42,092 nucleotides of DNA from Gammaproteobacteria bacterium (GCA_038142325.1 JAYQJW010000008.1:1-42092), one strand, 5' to 3'; counted from the first letter of the stretch, positions 21,692-35,420 are shown. The notes: generated from the sequence alone by a model not told the origin. Made by a program: numbers and translations.

Positions 21692-22939
21692 CTATACTTT
21701 TATAATTTCGGGTGTAGGCAAGGGAAAGATAAACGTCTTTCCTATAAATTTTTATTATCTAAGAAAAACTTTTTGAAATGCCATGGGAGAATCACAAAAT
21801 AATCATACTGACTGAGAACATTAATTTCATTGTCTATAGGAATCCAAGTACCAGGAGTAAATTTTCCCCATTTATCTGGATTTACGTCCCCAATAACATC
21901 AATATCTTTATTAGTTAATTCCCAAGACTGAAGCGTCACATTCCCTTTTGTACTTGCACCCAAAGCAGCAATTTTATTTCCATTTTTTTTGATATTAGCT
22001 AGAATTTCATAGAAATCTTTTTTTATTATTTTCAATCTTCTTATCAAATGCCCTCCAAGTAGATAGATCATCAATTCTAAGTTTTGATTCATAGTCTATC
22101 CAATGATTTATTTTATCTATACACTCTACATACTTACTTTTCTTATTTGCTACGGTTAGAGAACAACTTCCGCCATTTATATCATTCATTTCAATATCAA
22201 TGATTTTAAAGTTCGAATTATCCATAATGTACTTAAGTTGTTTTATACAATAGTAAGACAAATGCTCATGACAAATGGTATCAAATGAGTTCATCTTATA
22301 CATTTGCGGTGCATATGATTGCTCTAATATCCAAACACCATCATTAGGATCAAGGACATCATTAACTTCTCTTGAGAATTCGCATGGATTCTCAAGATCA
22401 TAAAACATAGAAAAAGAGGTGATTATTTTTGCTTTTTTGTTTTTGAATTTATTTTTAAATAATGAGCTACTAAAGAAATCAGAAATGTAAGAAACATGTT
22501 CTGAGTAGAATTCTGCAAACTTATCAGCAGATGGATCTATACTAATTAAATTATCTTTTTGATCAAAAAAACTCAAGAACGTACCATCGTTACCAGCAAT
22601 ATCTAAGATAATATTTGAATCTTTATCATTATATAATTCATTTATTTTTCTAGCTTTATTATTCAGGTGTTCAATCATATGGCTGTTGAGTCCTGACCGA
22701 TATCCATAATTTGACCCATACATAGTATCAAGGTCATAGGTACCGTTTAACTGAATAAGTCCACACCCAGAATTAGATGTACTACATTTCACTAATTCCA
22801 ATGGCGCATTAGGCATTGATTTATCAACCGAACTTGGAAATATTCCTGAGAGGAATTGTTCTCCTAAGTCTATACAAGTATCAAGTTTTGTATTTTTACA
22901 GACCCTACAACAAGATATTTTTTTAAAACTATTAATCAT
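21692..22939 (-). CDS. NDP-hexose C-methyltransferase family protein; two A-run frameshifts (~22020, ~21750)
   Basis: N-terminal CRVC...C zinc site, YGYRSG, DIAGNDGT, FDTICHEH, NGGS, GASTKGN, PWHFK; frame-corrected end FIFPLP..EIIKV*. Confidence 0.88.
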
Positions 22940-22987
22940 TATAAATATTATCTACTCGGAACTTAAAGAAAAGATGTGAATATTTTA

Positions 22988-23882
22988 TCATACCATTCTG
23001 ATACTAAAAGCATTCCATGCATCTAAAATTGCTGATTCAACAGTGAGATTTGACTTTGTGTCTATTAGTTGCTCAATCTCTGATACATCAAGAATATTAT
23101 TTTCTATAACCCTATCTTTTGATGAAATATATTTCTTCTCAGTACGAAATGAGCATATGTGATCTACAATATCTACGAATTCATTAACGCTCAAACCAAT
23201 ACCACTACCTATATTGTATATTTTATTTTTAGTTAAATGATTCCTCTGTGTTACTAGTTTAAACATCACATCTACTAGAATATTAACATGAAAAAAGTCT
23301 CTTATTGATCTTCCACTATTTATTATATTCAAATGTGAGTGATTCACATTATTTTTTAAATATACTTAATAAAAGCGAACTACTCTGGTTAGCACCTATG
23401 GGATTTGCCGGTCTCAATAAGTTATATTGAAGGTGATATTTTTTGAAGCTTGAATCACTTTTTTCTTCATCAAGCTTACTTTTACCATAAGTATCAATTG
23501 GATTGGTGTCGCAGTCTTCCTTTATCGGCATATTAGAGTGATTACCATACACTGACCCTCCAGATGATATATAAATCAATTTAGCATTTGTTTTAGGCCA
23601 AACATCATGAAGAATTATTTCTAATAGGTCTGTTTCTATTCCGTTTAAAGAATAAACTGACTTGGGCGGGATAGCTAAAACAATATGATCAATTTTATTT
23701 TTGATGCTATCAAAAGCTTTAAAAAATTTGTTTAAATGTACTTTTTTGAAGTTCATATTTTCGGATAGATCTTCTAGAAATTCATCTCTTGTACCAAGCG
23801 CTATAGCTGGTATATTTTTCATGTGTATTTTTTTGCAAAAATTACTACCAATGAATCCTGAACCACCAAATATTAGTATCAT
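22988..23882 (-). CDS. NAD-dependent epimerase/dehydratase (extended SDR), frameshifted
   Basis: GGSGFIGS, SSGGSVYG, YGKSK, R.ANP.G; second fragment has RDFFHV and YNIGSG.G.S. Confidence 0.85.
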
Positions 23883-25075
23883 TCAATTTTTCCGTTTAAA
23901 AAAATTATAGCCATTAAGGAAATATAAAAAACATATTGTAAAAACAATCGGTTGATTGTGAGTATAATGTGATTGAGTTAGTTGTGATAGTATAAAATAT
24001 AACAAGATTAGATAACCAATCCTATTTCTAGTTATTATGAACTTCCTCATAAGTGAATAATATATCAATAATATCAACAGCAGAGCTGGAAGCCCAAACT
24101 TTACTGGAATATCAATTAAGTCATTATGTAAATGATCAAATGTTATTGTTGTTTTGATATCGTATTCTTTGAACTTTGAAAATAAATCTTCCTCAAGTTT
24201 GTTTGCCCCTATACCTGCAATAGGATTTATTTTGACTGTATCAATTCCATATTCTAACATTTTGAGTCTTGTATAAGTTGATTCGTCGTTTCTATATATA
24301 ACTTTTGTAGAGATATTTGGATTATTATTTAAATATAAATCAAGAAACTTGTACATCTTAGAAAATCGATCAATAAGAGTTGTATTAAAAAAGGTAACCA
24401 AAATAATTCCAACAAAAAGTATTAGCTTCCCTTTGCTATAGTCTCTATCAAAAAAAACCATTATCAATAAACATATAGTTAGTGATAAAAAACTCCTTTC
24501 GATTCTAGTAAAAAACATATATAAAATATAATTATTGTTGATATAGCTAAAAAATAATCATAAGTATTCTTTTTATGATCTTCTAGTAATATATAAAAAC
24601 TTATTAAGGCTATCATGCCGACGATATACGCATAAGATATAGGTGTGCTAGAAGTCCCCATGTACCTATTAAACTCTAGAAAATTATGAGAGTATAAATA
24701 GTGGCCTACAACGCACAATGCACATATTTTTAATACGAATTTTAATATGGCTATATTATTATTACTCTTTACAAAAACTAAATATAGGGGGAGCAGAAAT
24801 AGGTAACGTATATAATCGTCAATATGTCTGGTAGGTGCACTATGATAATAATTTATTATTATAATCCATAGAGAAAACAACACCACATAGGAAATAATTC
24901 TTTTATCATATTTATCCAAGACAATTTTATTTTTTAATAGTGTGTAAAAACATAATACTAGTAGGACTACTAATAAAATGTTTGATATTTCTCTATTTAT
25001 AAAATTAAAAATTAAAAATAAATAAAAAGTATAGTTCAAATATAATATATCTACTCTTGGACTTGACAGAGACAT
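23883..25075 (-). CDS. O-antigen ligase (WaaL/Wzy_C family), frameshifted ~24500
   Basis: Multi-TM; S...R..M, NPIAGIG, HLHND...FGL motif. Confidence 0.8.
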
Positions 25076-25083
25076 TGAAAAAC

Positions 25084-25737
25084 TTATCTTTTTGAAAGTG
25101 CGTATTTTGTGAGTAATATAAAAATAATCAATGCAATGGACAAGAAAATAAACAATGCAATAGTAATGTTTTTTCTACTCTTGATCTTAGTGATACCTAT
25201 ATTAGAACTCATAGAAGCAACTGTCATTGGATTTATTGCTTCAAACATTACAAGCCTATTATTTTCATATAAAAAAATAAAGTCTTCAATATTATGCAGC
25301 ATGTTAGAAACTCCGTTTGATGCCTGTACATGCTTGGGATAGTTAGAATATATATTTTTTCTTTGTTCAAGAAATGTAGTTTATTGTTTCTCGGCAAGTT
25401 TATTTTATAGTGTTGAAAGTTCATTCAAATATAAATTCATCTCCCCTGGATTAGTTGTCATATGGATGAAGTACCCCTTTATTCCAGAGTCTTTGAGAGG
25501 CTTATTCCTTACACCAGAAACTCTCCATTTCCCATCTGTAAATTTAATTACATCATATGTAATCCAAGAATATTCGCTTGTGTAAGGTATCTTTACTTCA
25601 TACAACGTCGTGATATTTTTCGTATTATAAAGCCCAAGTAACAACCCGGCTAAAGCGAACAAAAATATAACTAACTTTCTATTCCATAGATACTGAATTG
25701 CATCATTCCAGTTAATGTAAATTTCATTATTTTGCAT
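25084..25737 (-). CDS. Short Wzz-like chain-length regulator, frameshifted
   Basis: N-terminal LWNRKLVI plus TM and a C-terminal TM flanking a soluble region; position within the cluster. Confidence 0.55.
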
Positions 25738-25760
25738 AGATTAATTATACCATATTATTA

Positions 25761-27245
25761 CTATGACATTTCTGAGTGTACCGAGTATGTATCAATTTCG
25801 TAGTCTGTTTTCATTAATGAGACAAGTGTACCGCACTTTTTTTGAGTAAATTGAATTCATTTTTGTGATTCATTTGTCAAAAATTCATTTACATCGCCAG
25901 TGAACCCATGAATAAAAATTGTCTGAAATTTCTTTTTATCAAGATCATTTACAATAAATTCAAGAGGATTATTTAAGGTTCTATTTGACTTGAATGTATT
26001 ATATTTTTACATCAGATAATGGATGAAGCTGATAAAATAATAAATCATTATTCTTTGGACTTAGCTCTTCAATTTCTTTACCTGGAGCAATACAGACTTT
26101 TTCGATTTCAAGCTTGCAATATAATTTAATTGCATTTGCTCCACATAAATATACCTTTTTAAGGTTATATTCACTTTTTAGAAAATCTATAATATCCTGT
26201 GTAAGTACATTATCCTCATATCCAGCTACAATTAAAACACTTTCTTCTTTTTTGAAATTTCAATCAATTTTTTATGGTCAGCTGTTTGATCTATCTTTTG
26301 AGTATGCTTAATAATTGAACTATCTATAACTTCTAGATAGGATAGCCTTCTAAGACTCATTAATTCCATGATAATACCCTGTGGAATATTTTTGCTGCCT
26401 GCAATCGCATAAGGTATTTCTGGGCCCCAAGTATATTTTTCTTTGAAGCTCTTAATCATTTCATGTCCGTCACAAAGCCCTGAGATAATCCTAGAATCTT
26501 TATCCTTATCTATGCCCCTTAAAACTATAATCGAATCCTCTGTCCTTAAGTTACCAGCACCTCTTCCTAGACCGCTTAATGTACTATCAATAACTTCAAC
26601 TCCAGACTCTAAAGCTGCAAGGGAATTAGTTAAAGCAAGATTAAGATTATTATGTCCATGATAGCCGAGTTGTTGTTTTGGAAAATACTTTTTCGTTAAA
26701 GCAATTAACTTTTTAACATCACCAGGAAATAATGAACCATAAGAATCAACAATACTGAGAGTCTGAATATGTTCTTTATTTATAATATTTTCTATCTCTT
26801 TAAAATTATAATCTCCTGTTTTGTATAGATGGCCATACATTAAATTAATATTAACCTGTAATCCTAAATCGTAAATCGCATCAGTAAACTCATCGAGCCC
26901 ATTAGTTTTTTTTATATCAAGGGCAATTCTTATTCCATGGATATATTTTTTAACTTCTCTTATTCTATTAATATTGAGATCAATATCATCGACATTTTTG
27001 AAATCAATCATCAAATACTTTTCTATATCTTTTGAGAGCTCAGAATCAAATGTTTTTAAAACAATAGACGGACAATAGTATAAACTTCCTTTATAGTTAC
27101 TCGCAGGCGGATTTCTATAGCCTATTTCAACTTTATCAATATTTAACTTATTAACTATGGAACAGTATTGCTTGACTATCTTATCTGAATATATCCAATC
27201 ATTGTAAAATCCAGCATCCCTTAATGTGCAATCTAGTAGTTTCAT
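25761..27245 (-). CDS. HMGL-like/DRE-TIM pyruvate aldolase with C-terminal extension (frameshifted after ~26250)
   Basis: LLDCTLRDAG, VDSYGS, HGHNN..LA..N, GLGRGAGN; coding-like sequence continues in other frames to a stop at 25761. Confidence 0.82.
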
Positions 27246-27853
27246 TTTTCATTTGATATATCTAATATATCTTCGATTTTATTAATGACATGATGACATT
27301 TTATTTTATCCGTTACAAATCCGTACCTACAATGAGCGAATGAGATGCCAGCACTTTTACATGCTCCAGCATCACTCCTAGAATCTCCAAAGAATAAGAC
27401 TTGGTCTTCTCTGATTTGGTATTTAGAGATAATGTATTCGATAGCTTCAGGACTTGGTTTGACAGCGTAGCCAGAATCTCGTCCGATTATTTCGCAGAAA
27501 TATTGGTAAATATTTGCTTTACTAAAAATGCCATCAATGCACCTTTTAGGTTTATTGCTTAAAATAATAAGTTTGAATTTTAAACTAAGTTCACGAACTA
27601 TTCCAATAATTCCAGGATAAAGATGTTCTTGACTAGAAAACATCTCTATCTGCATGTCTCTAAACCATGATACTTCTTTATCCGTATATCTTTTATTAAA
27701 AATAGATTTGAATAATTCATCTCCTCCAATAGATATAGCTTTTTTGAGATCATTTCTTCTTACTGTTTTATTAGTCTTTAATGCAATTTGATAATACAAG
27801 TCGTCAGACTTAACTATTACTCCATCAACATCAAAAATTAATATTTTATACAT
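27242..27853 (-). CDS. HAD-IA phosphatase
   Basis: FDVDGV, LSNK, KPSPE, GDSRSD. Confidence 0.9.
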   Translation of the reverse strand: MYKILIFDVDGVIVKSDDLYYQIALKTNKTVRRNDLKKAISIGGDELFKSIFNKRYTDKEVSWFRDMQIEMFSSQEHLYPGIIGIVRELSLKFKLIILSNKPKRCIDGIFSKANIYQYFCEIIGRDSGYAVKPSPEAIEYIISKYQIREDQVLFFGDSRSDAGACKSAGISFAHCRYGFVTDKIKCHHVINKIEDILDISNEK

Positions 27854-29026
27854 TATTCATAAGATTTTTATTTACACACTTACCATAATTTCCCCATCCA
27901 TCTAGAACTTTCATTGTATATCTCGCATGTTCTGCTATTTTTTTTTCTTTTTAAGGCTGGTAGACATATTATTTTCTCAATTATTTCAGATGATGCTTCT
28001 GGGTCAGTTATATCTGGTATTATGAAACCATTTTTTTCATCGATTATTAATTCAGAACTTCCTGCAGTTTGACTGACAGCAGTTATGGTACCTGAAGCGA
28101 GAGCTTGAGTCGTAACCATTCCAAAACCATCACATAGTGAAGGAAGAATAAATAAATCAGCTGCTTGGTAATAAGTTTTCAACTGGGATTGTGGTACTTT
28201 GCCAATTAAATCAATATTAATATTTTTTTCTTTTCTTATTTAATATATTTTTAAAATTAGTATCCACAGGTAATGCCCCAGCACATTTAATTCGAAAATT
28301 ATATTGGTCCAATAGCTCTAAAGCTTCTACCAATCTATGCATCCCTTTTTTTGGAGTCACAGCTCCAACTACAATTATCTTGACATCATTTTTGTTTATC
28401 TCATATGATCTATTGCCTGAACTAAATTCATCTATTCTAACCCCTAGCTTATTAACAAAAACTTTATTTTTTTCTACTCCTTGATCGATGAAGGTTTTCT
28501 TAGCAAGATTGGAACATACAAAAATTTTATCAGCATATCTACACTCTTTCTCTATCCAATCGCCTATCCAGTGATTATATTCAATGCCCATATTAGAAAA
28601 TCCATATTCCTTATTTTCTTTATCCATTATTTTTTTTCAAACATCGGATGCAGGCTTCCATGATCTATTATTATCTCAGCTTTATATTTCTTAAGAGTTT
28701 TTATAATTGGATAATAATGAGTTGTACATAATATTATCTTGTCTGCGTTTACCGGAATCTGACGAACACTATATTTTGAAAATATATAATTTATCATCTT
28801 AAGTATACTAGATTTAATCTGTCTATGAATAAAATTCTGATTAATATAAATCATTCCTCCAAAAAACCAGTGGCCATTAATTTTTATTTTCTCAAACATG
28901 AATCGTTTGCGAGCATCTTCTGATCTCCATGCGGTATGTAAAAGATATCTCGTTATCAAACTTTGATAGTTCTTCAACAAGATTGAATAAATGAAATCTC
29001 AACATTGTGATTACTGATATTTTCAT
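27846..29026 (-). CDS. GT4-family glycosyltransferase, fragmented by several frameshifts
   Basis: Start MKISVIT..RFH at 29026; fragments with KIFVCS, LGV, VGAVTPKKG, ADLFILPSLCDGFGMV..QALASG. Confidence 0.82.
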
Positions 29027-29028
29027 GA

Positions 29029-29780
29029 TTATAAGAAAAATTGATTAATTTTTAATAACTTCTTTTTGAATAAGTCACTGTATGGTTTATTTGAATAAGT
29101 CTTCAATATTTCTAAATCTTCTTTAAGTTTTAAAATAAAATATCTCTTTGACGTGCTTATTCCTCCAATCTCTTGATGAACTAATGTTTCATCAACATGA
29201 ATAAATTTATTGACTAAACTTCTTGGCAATCGGCAGAAAAAACTCAAAATCACCGGATATTTTAAAGGTTTCGTTATACTTACCATAGTTATCATATACA
29301 TTCTTCTTTATAAAAGTCGCAGTATGTGGTGGTTGCCAATAGTAATTTGATCTTTTTGCTATATCTTTATTATTCCATTTTCTAATAATTCTATTTTTTG
29401 TATCAACAATATTTATGTTTCCAAAAAATACAATCTACACCATCGTCAATGTATGAATTTATGAGAGCTAGTGTTTCGGTACTACTAAAACAGTCATCAG
29501 AGTGAGCAATTCCTATATAGTTACCCGAACTCTTATCAATACCATAATTGAGCGCATTAAATATTCCCAAGGGCTTTAATTGATAAACCTTAACCTCATA
29601 CTCTACACTTTTAATATATTTATTAATTATATCTTGTGTTAGATCAGTAGACATTCCATCAATTATAATATGCTCAATATGGAGATAACTTTGACTTTTG
29701 ATTGAGTCTAGTGTTCGTTGTAAGTTTTTCTGCGAATTATAAGTAAGCGTGATAATCGAAATCTTATTATTTATTGGCAT
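29029..29780 (-). CDS. GT2-family glycosyltransferase (WcaE-like), frameshifted
   Basis: ISIIT.TYN, IIIDG.STD, GIFNALN.G, HSDD, PPHTATF, GGIST. Confidence 0.85.
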
Positions 29781-30575
29781 AGCTTATTATTTCATATATC
29801 TTTGAAAAGTACTTAAATTTAATCAATGAATACTTATAACCAGCACGTCCATCTAGAAAACCAAGAAGTAAAAAGTAATTTAAAAAAAATATAAATATGC
29901 GAAAACTCTTTTTTTTATGAAATTGTACTTAATTATTTCTCTAAATGTTGTCTTACTATTTTTAACAAAACTCATTGACCTTTTACTTTCCCATTTCGCA
30001 TATTCATAATGCTATGATAAAATATCATCATAAGATGAAGCTTGTAAATGTTTTTGCTTTTCATGTATCGTAAAACACTTCCCCCTTATTAGGAGATGTT
30101 CGTGAATTTCCATATCAAAGTCAGTCCATTCATGTTCCCCAAAATTCTCAAACACTCCGAACTTATTTCTCATCAAGGATAGTTTCTTTTGAGGTACACC
30201 AAATTTCAAATTTTTCCCCATAAAAAAATTTTCAAATTTTATCCATGCGCCATTGTAGCTTGAATCTGCTATTTTATCTTTAAAAGCACTATAAAAGGAT
30301 TCGTTGATAATTTCATCTGAATCAAGGAATAATATCCATTCTGTTGAAATTTTAATATTATCAAGAGCCCATTGTCTTTTTTTTGGGTATCTCTTATTCC
30401 AATTAAAATTAACTATTTCTGCCCCAAATTCTTTGCCTATTGTGATAGTTTCATCAGTACTTTTTGAATCAATTATAATTATTCTTCTACAAGGCTTCAC
30501 TGAATCTAGACAATTAGTTAAATGAGCTTGAGAGTTTTTTGTAGGGATAATAACTGTAATATCAAAAGTATTCAT
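29771..30575 (-). CDS. GT2-family glycosyltransferase, C-terminus frameshifted
   Basis: IIPTKN, IDSKSTDET, WILFLDSDE, EIHEH; tail with GFLDGRAG in another frame. Confidence 0.85.
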
Positions 30576-31608
30576 GAATTTTATTATAATCTATTTGTGT
30601 AAGTTCTAGAGCCATCACTGCTTTTTGTTTATTAATTATTCGATATGAATATCTATCTTTGAAATCATTAATGTCATACAAATACGAGGATAAATGTACT
30701 CCCACATCGGTAGGTCTGTTGCTGAAAACTAGATTTGAATATAGTATAATCTTCTGCAACTTAGTTTGAACGCCAGGGGTATTGATTCTGTTGTAAATAA
30801 TCACTTTCGTGTTATTTGAAAAGAAAACATCAAAATCATCAAGATATTCATAAGAAGTGCCGGAATATGATGAGAGTCTCTTTGCACGATCAGAGCCTTT
30901 TCCAAAAAAACTTATAGATTTTATTTCTTTCTTATATTTTGCTAATTCTTTAAGATTTGATCGAAGGTCAGAGAAGTCAGCATTAGTAATAAATGGCCCA
31001 ACTATAATTAGATCATCGTGAGAAATCTTTTTATCAGGTAATATAAGATTACTATCTATTTCGGGTATTATAGGGAATTTATAATATGGACCATTTTTAT
31101 TGATATTTTTTTTTGAGAAGTCTATGCAACTATCGGAAACCAAAAAAACCTTATCACTAGCTTTGCTAGCAATATATTCAACGAGCAACATTACTGATGA
31201 TTTTATAAAATATGGAACTCTATGAAGGAAATAATTCTCTTTATTTAATTTAGTTTTATATTCTCTGTGAAAGCTATCATAACCTATTGTAATTAATCTA
31301 ATGTCTACTGCTTTAAATATTTTTAGGATCATCAAAATGATTGGTGAGGAATAATAACTAAAAATAACAATTTTTTTATATCTAAAAATTGTATTCATGT
31401 TAGCAATCAAAAAATACATTTCTCTTAAAAAATTTAAAAAAAGTATTTTCTTTGCCTTTGGATGATGTTTATTTATATCAAATATTTTAAAATTTATACA
31501 GACATCATAAGTAGAATTCCGGCCATCTTTGAGAATTGAATCCAGAATAATTGAAGGTCCATCTTTGTCTGAAACATTCCTATTAAGTATCAATAGATTA
31601 TCTTTCAT
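30562..31608 (-). CDS. Hypothetical protein, possibly a divergent GT-B glycosyltransferase
   Basis: 348-aa intact ORF inside the glycan operon; weak GT-B-like features (DKVFLVS, GVQTK). Confidence 0.5.
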   Translation of the reverse strand: MKDNLLILNRNVSDKDGPSIILDSILKDGRNSTYDVCINFKIFDINKHHPKAKKILFLNFLREMYFLIANMNTIFRYKKIVIFSYYSSPIILMILKIFKAVDIRLITIGYDSFHREYKTKLNKENYFLHRVPYFIKSSVMLLVEYIASKASDKVFLVSDSCIDFSKKNINKNGPYYKFPIIPEIDSNLILPDKKISHDDLIIVGPFITNADFSDLRSNLKELAKYKKEIKSISFFGKGSDRAKRLSSYSGTSYEYLDDFDVFFSNNTKVIIYNRINTPGVQTKLQKIILYSNLVFSNRPTDVGVHLSSYLYDINDFKDRYSYRIINKQKAVMALELTQIDYNKIHEYF

Positions 31609-32379
31609 TATACATAGCAGTCATTTTAGATGAAGTATAATTTTTTACTTTAATGTTATTATATTTTAGACATTTACTTAACCAATAATTTCTGTCAACA
31701 AAATAAGATAAAAATCTTAGTTCACGTGAGATAAATCTTGGATCACTCCAGTCCTTAGTTGAATCTGATCCATAAAAATGTGTATCTTTTCCTGCAAGTG
31801 CCAATAAAACATTATTCCCATCAAAACCGTATGTGTTTATTTTTTGTATCCCAATGAACCCATGAGAGATAATGCTTGCTCAGCAACTCCAACACCAAAA
31901 TTAAATTTCCCCACTTCAAGCTTCCTCTTCCAATTAAATCTGGTTGGTATTCTTGAATTATTAATATATCCAAGGCAATTGACTTTTTTTACATAACTTA
32001 AAAACTTTTTTGAGGTTAGATACTTATAGTTGAAAATGAACTTTACATTTTGATTTACCTTTAGCGCTTCCATTAGAATAGAAAGATCCCATTCACCGCG
32101 CATAAGCTTAGTATCTATAATTATTAATATGGGGTTTTTTACTTGTTTGAAATATTGATGATTAAAGCCATAATTCACAAAAAAACAAGGCAGACTAGTA
32201 TCTATAGTTATATCTTTACTAGATGGCCCATTTAGTATTAGATTACACTGATTATGATTAAGCTCTAATTCTATGTTTTTTATTTTATTCTTATATCGAA
32301 TCGAATGTATAAAGTTGTATAAATTGTATGATTCAAACACAATCTCATCAAAATATTCTTTTATATCCCACCCATTCAC
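31598..32379 (-). CDS. DUF115/sialyltransferase-like (GT42/Maf-like) protein, frameshift at the A-run ~31840
   Basis: LILNGPS, FFVN, ALSL..SLGYKK then (corrected frame) INTYGFD...THFY, an order of motifs seen in CMP-ulosonate-using transferases. Confidence 0.6.
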
Positions 32380-33510
32380 GACCTATCCATTTTAATATAA
32401 TAAAACTAAATAAACTAAATAAAAATAAAATTATCATTTGACCGAAGCCATCAGACATGAAAGTGATGTAAAAAGGGAAAAAGATTACAATAGGTGTCTT
32501 AATGTTGGCAAAGCTTATAATGTAATGTAATACATGAAAGAATGCCAATGTAATAAAAGACAAAATTATAGTACCACTTAAACCAAACTCAGCATAAAAT
32601 GTATTACTCAGACCGACTGCGTAACCAAAAGTAGCTAGATCATATCCGTGAACATCAGAGAGAAACTGATTCACTTCGGTACTAAATCCTCTTGGAGTGG
32701 AGAGGAAGTCTGAGTTATTAAAAAATTCTTGAATGTTTGGGTAACTCGCAGCAAATATTGTGGTTTCAAATTGAGTTACTCTAGTAATTATTTTAGTGAT
32801 GATTGAGAAAAATAAATTTGATGCTGATTGTAATTCATCTACACTAGCTAGGTTGCCTCCTGCTCTAATGATATTTACAAATGTATAACTTATCACAAGG
32901 ATTAAGAATATAATTATGGAGTAAAAAATTAGATTCCTTAAATTATTTTTATTGTTAACAAGTATGTAATAGCCAATATTAACTAAAAAAAATAAAAGAT
33001 ATAATTTTGTTGGCTCAAGAAATGTCACTATCATTACAACAAAGAAGTACAATACCCATGTATCAAATCTAATTTTAGTACTTTTGCAAACGGCATATGC
33101 AATCATAATATTTGATATATATACATTCGCAGCATAGACTAGCCCTCTAATTTTAAAATAATTTATATGCATGTGATCAATAATTAATATGAGAAGTGCG
33201 GAGCTGAGTAAGAGAATTAGACCTCCAAAAACATTTTTGATGGATCTATGTTATCAAATTTAGTTTTTACCGGAATATCGGGAGAGTATGATGCTATTCT
33301 TGAATAGAGTATAATATAAATAGTCGCCCCAAATAGCATTGATACCCATAAATAGTAGCTTTCTCTAATAGTGGTGGGCGAGCATCTTCCATAAGCTTCG
33401 AGCTTACTGTTTATCTGAGTCAAACAATAGGGATCATAATAATATAAAAATAAAAAACCTATCACATGGATAGATATGTACAGGGTATGCAGAATAAATA
33501 TAGCTTTCAT
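32348..33510 (-). CDS. Probable O-antigen polymerase Wzy, frameshifted
   Basis: About 10 hydrophobic segments, a periplasmic loop after IIRAGG, FYAEFGL.G near the C-terminus. Confidence 0.65.
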
Positions 33511-34742
33511 TTTTTTGAAAACATGTAGATATAACTAAAATAACTCAAATGGGGTATGATAAAAGAAATAAAGATCAGCCAGTAAATGTCTAGAGATAAT
33601 GATAGGGAGACAGCTATTCCAATTAAGGTAAATACAATAATGAATGTCTCCATAAAATAAATGATGTCAGTCTCTCCAGTTGCAAATTTATAGTTCTGTA
33701 TAGAATTTGTAAGGATCATAAGTACCATTCTTATTATTAGTAATAACATTATATTAAGATCGTACTGTACTTTACCATTCAACCATACGTCAAATAGTAA
33801 GTTTCCTAGAAAATAGAGAAAAATAGTATAAAGAGAAGCTATAAGTATATTCATTAAAATATATAAATTTTTAAATTTATTAATTTTGATCTCACTTTCT
33901 CCATTAGAGTCTAAATAAGTTACGCGAGAAGTAATGCTTTAGAGACAGCTTCAGAAAAGGTTATACCAAGATTTGTCATTGTCCTAATAGCTCCAATAGT
34001 CGCTAGTTGAATAGGAGCCACTATCAGACCCATAGATAGAATAATGATATTTTGATTCACAATTTGCATGATATGAACTTTCCAGAACCTTATTGAACCC
34101 TTGGGTGCTAGACTAGTAAATGACGTTTTCTTATTCATGTAACTATCATTGAATTCATTTTTCAAAAGACGACTTTTATGTATTTCACTTAGAGAAAAGA
34201 TTATGGACTGAGCAATAAAATATGCCCCACTTATGAGAATAAGATTTTCAATTTTATTGCTTAAATAAAATATAAATACAATTATTAGAATATTCAGGAG
34301 AATAATATATGAAAAATAATATTCGACTTTTTCCATGGATCTTAAAACTACAATGTTGTACCTTGTGATGTTATTTAATAGAATGCCGAGTCCTAAAAAA
34401 CCAAGTATGAAATCTTGATTTACATATGCGAAAATACAAGTGATTAAAATAAACAAATAGGTGATTGATTTAAGGAATATTTGTGACTTATTTTGCGCCT
34501 GCATGAACTTCTTTTTTATCAGCCACATGTAATTTTAGTAGATTGTATTGAGACCATTGTATTGTCCCTAAATCAATGAGATTTAGAAACGCTAGGTATG
34601 AAAAATAAAAAATCCATGAACTATACGCCTCTGCATTAATGGATGCAGTTATTACGTATGGAATTGAAATTTGTACAATTAGACCAGAAAATAAAGCAGC
34701 AATAGATAAGAGAACATATTGCTTGTATTTATTAAATGCCAT
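33507..34742 (-). CDS. Probable flippase Wzx, two frameshifts
   Basis: IP...SINAEAYSSW...FLNLIDLG N-terminal pattern; multi-TM; LLFDVWLNG. Confidence 0.7.
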
Positions 34743-35420
34743 TTACTTTTTTCTTAAATATAAATAATTGTCCAGAAAAAAATCTAGGCAAAAACTTATG
34801 AATACAACATAAAAGATACCTCAAAAGTCTTGATTTAACAAAGTAAGCTGGTTCAGGAGTATATATGTAGCTTTTATCTTTAAAATCAACAAAAAGATTC
34901 TCTAAACATGTGAGGGTGTTTAGTCTGTAATAAGCCTTAAATACATCTATATGATTCCTATTTGGCTGGGCTTTTTTAAGATTGCTTTATGAAATATTGT
35001 TGGTGTGAGCATGCTAAGGATTGCAATGTATGAATATTTATGGGGAGTTCTTGCGCAGAAAAAACCACCTTTCTTCAATAATTTATTTATAGTTATAAAA
35101 AATGATTTTTTGTCAGCAATATGCTCAAGGACAAAATCCGCTGTTATAAGATCGAAAGTATTTTTATTTTCTTCTACCCATGAACTAGTCAAGATATAAT
35201 TTTCGTCATTTTTTGAGTTGGAAAGTACCGCATCATCTATATCAACCCCGATCACTTTTGATTTTTTATAGTGAAGATCTCTCAGTTGTCTTCGCTCAAT
35301 ATTATCATCATTATGTATCCAGCTTCCGCGACCTGACCCAAAATCCAGCACCTTTGATTTCTCTGGCATAAGCTCTCTTATTTTTTTATAGTACTCAATT
35401 GTGCCATCAGGAAAGGTCAT
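34743..35420 (-). CDS. Class I SAM-dependent methyltransferase, C-terminus frameshifted
   Basis: VLDFGSGRG, GVDID, FDLI...VLEHI, LKKGG...TP; tail continues in another frame to a stop at 34743. Confidence 0.85.
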
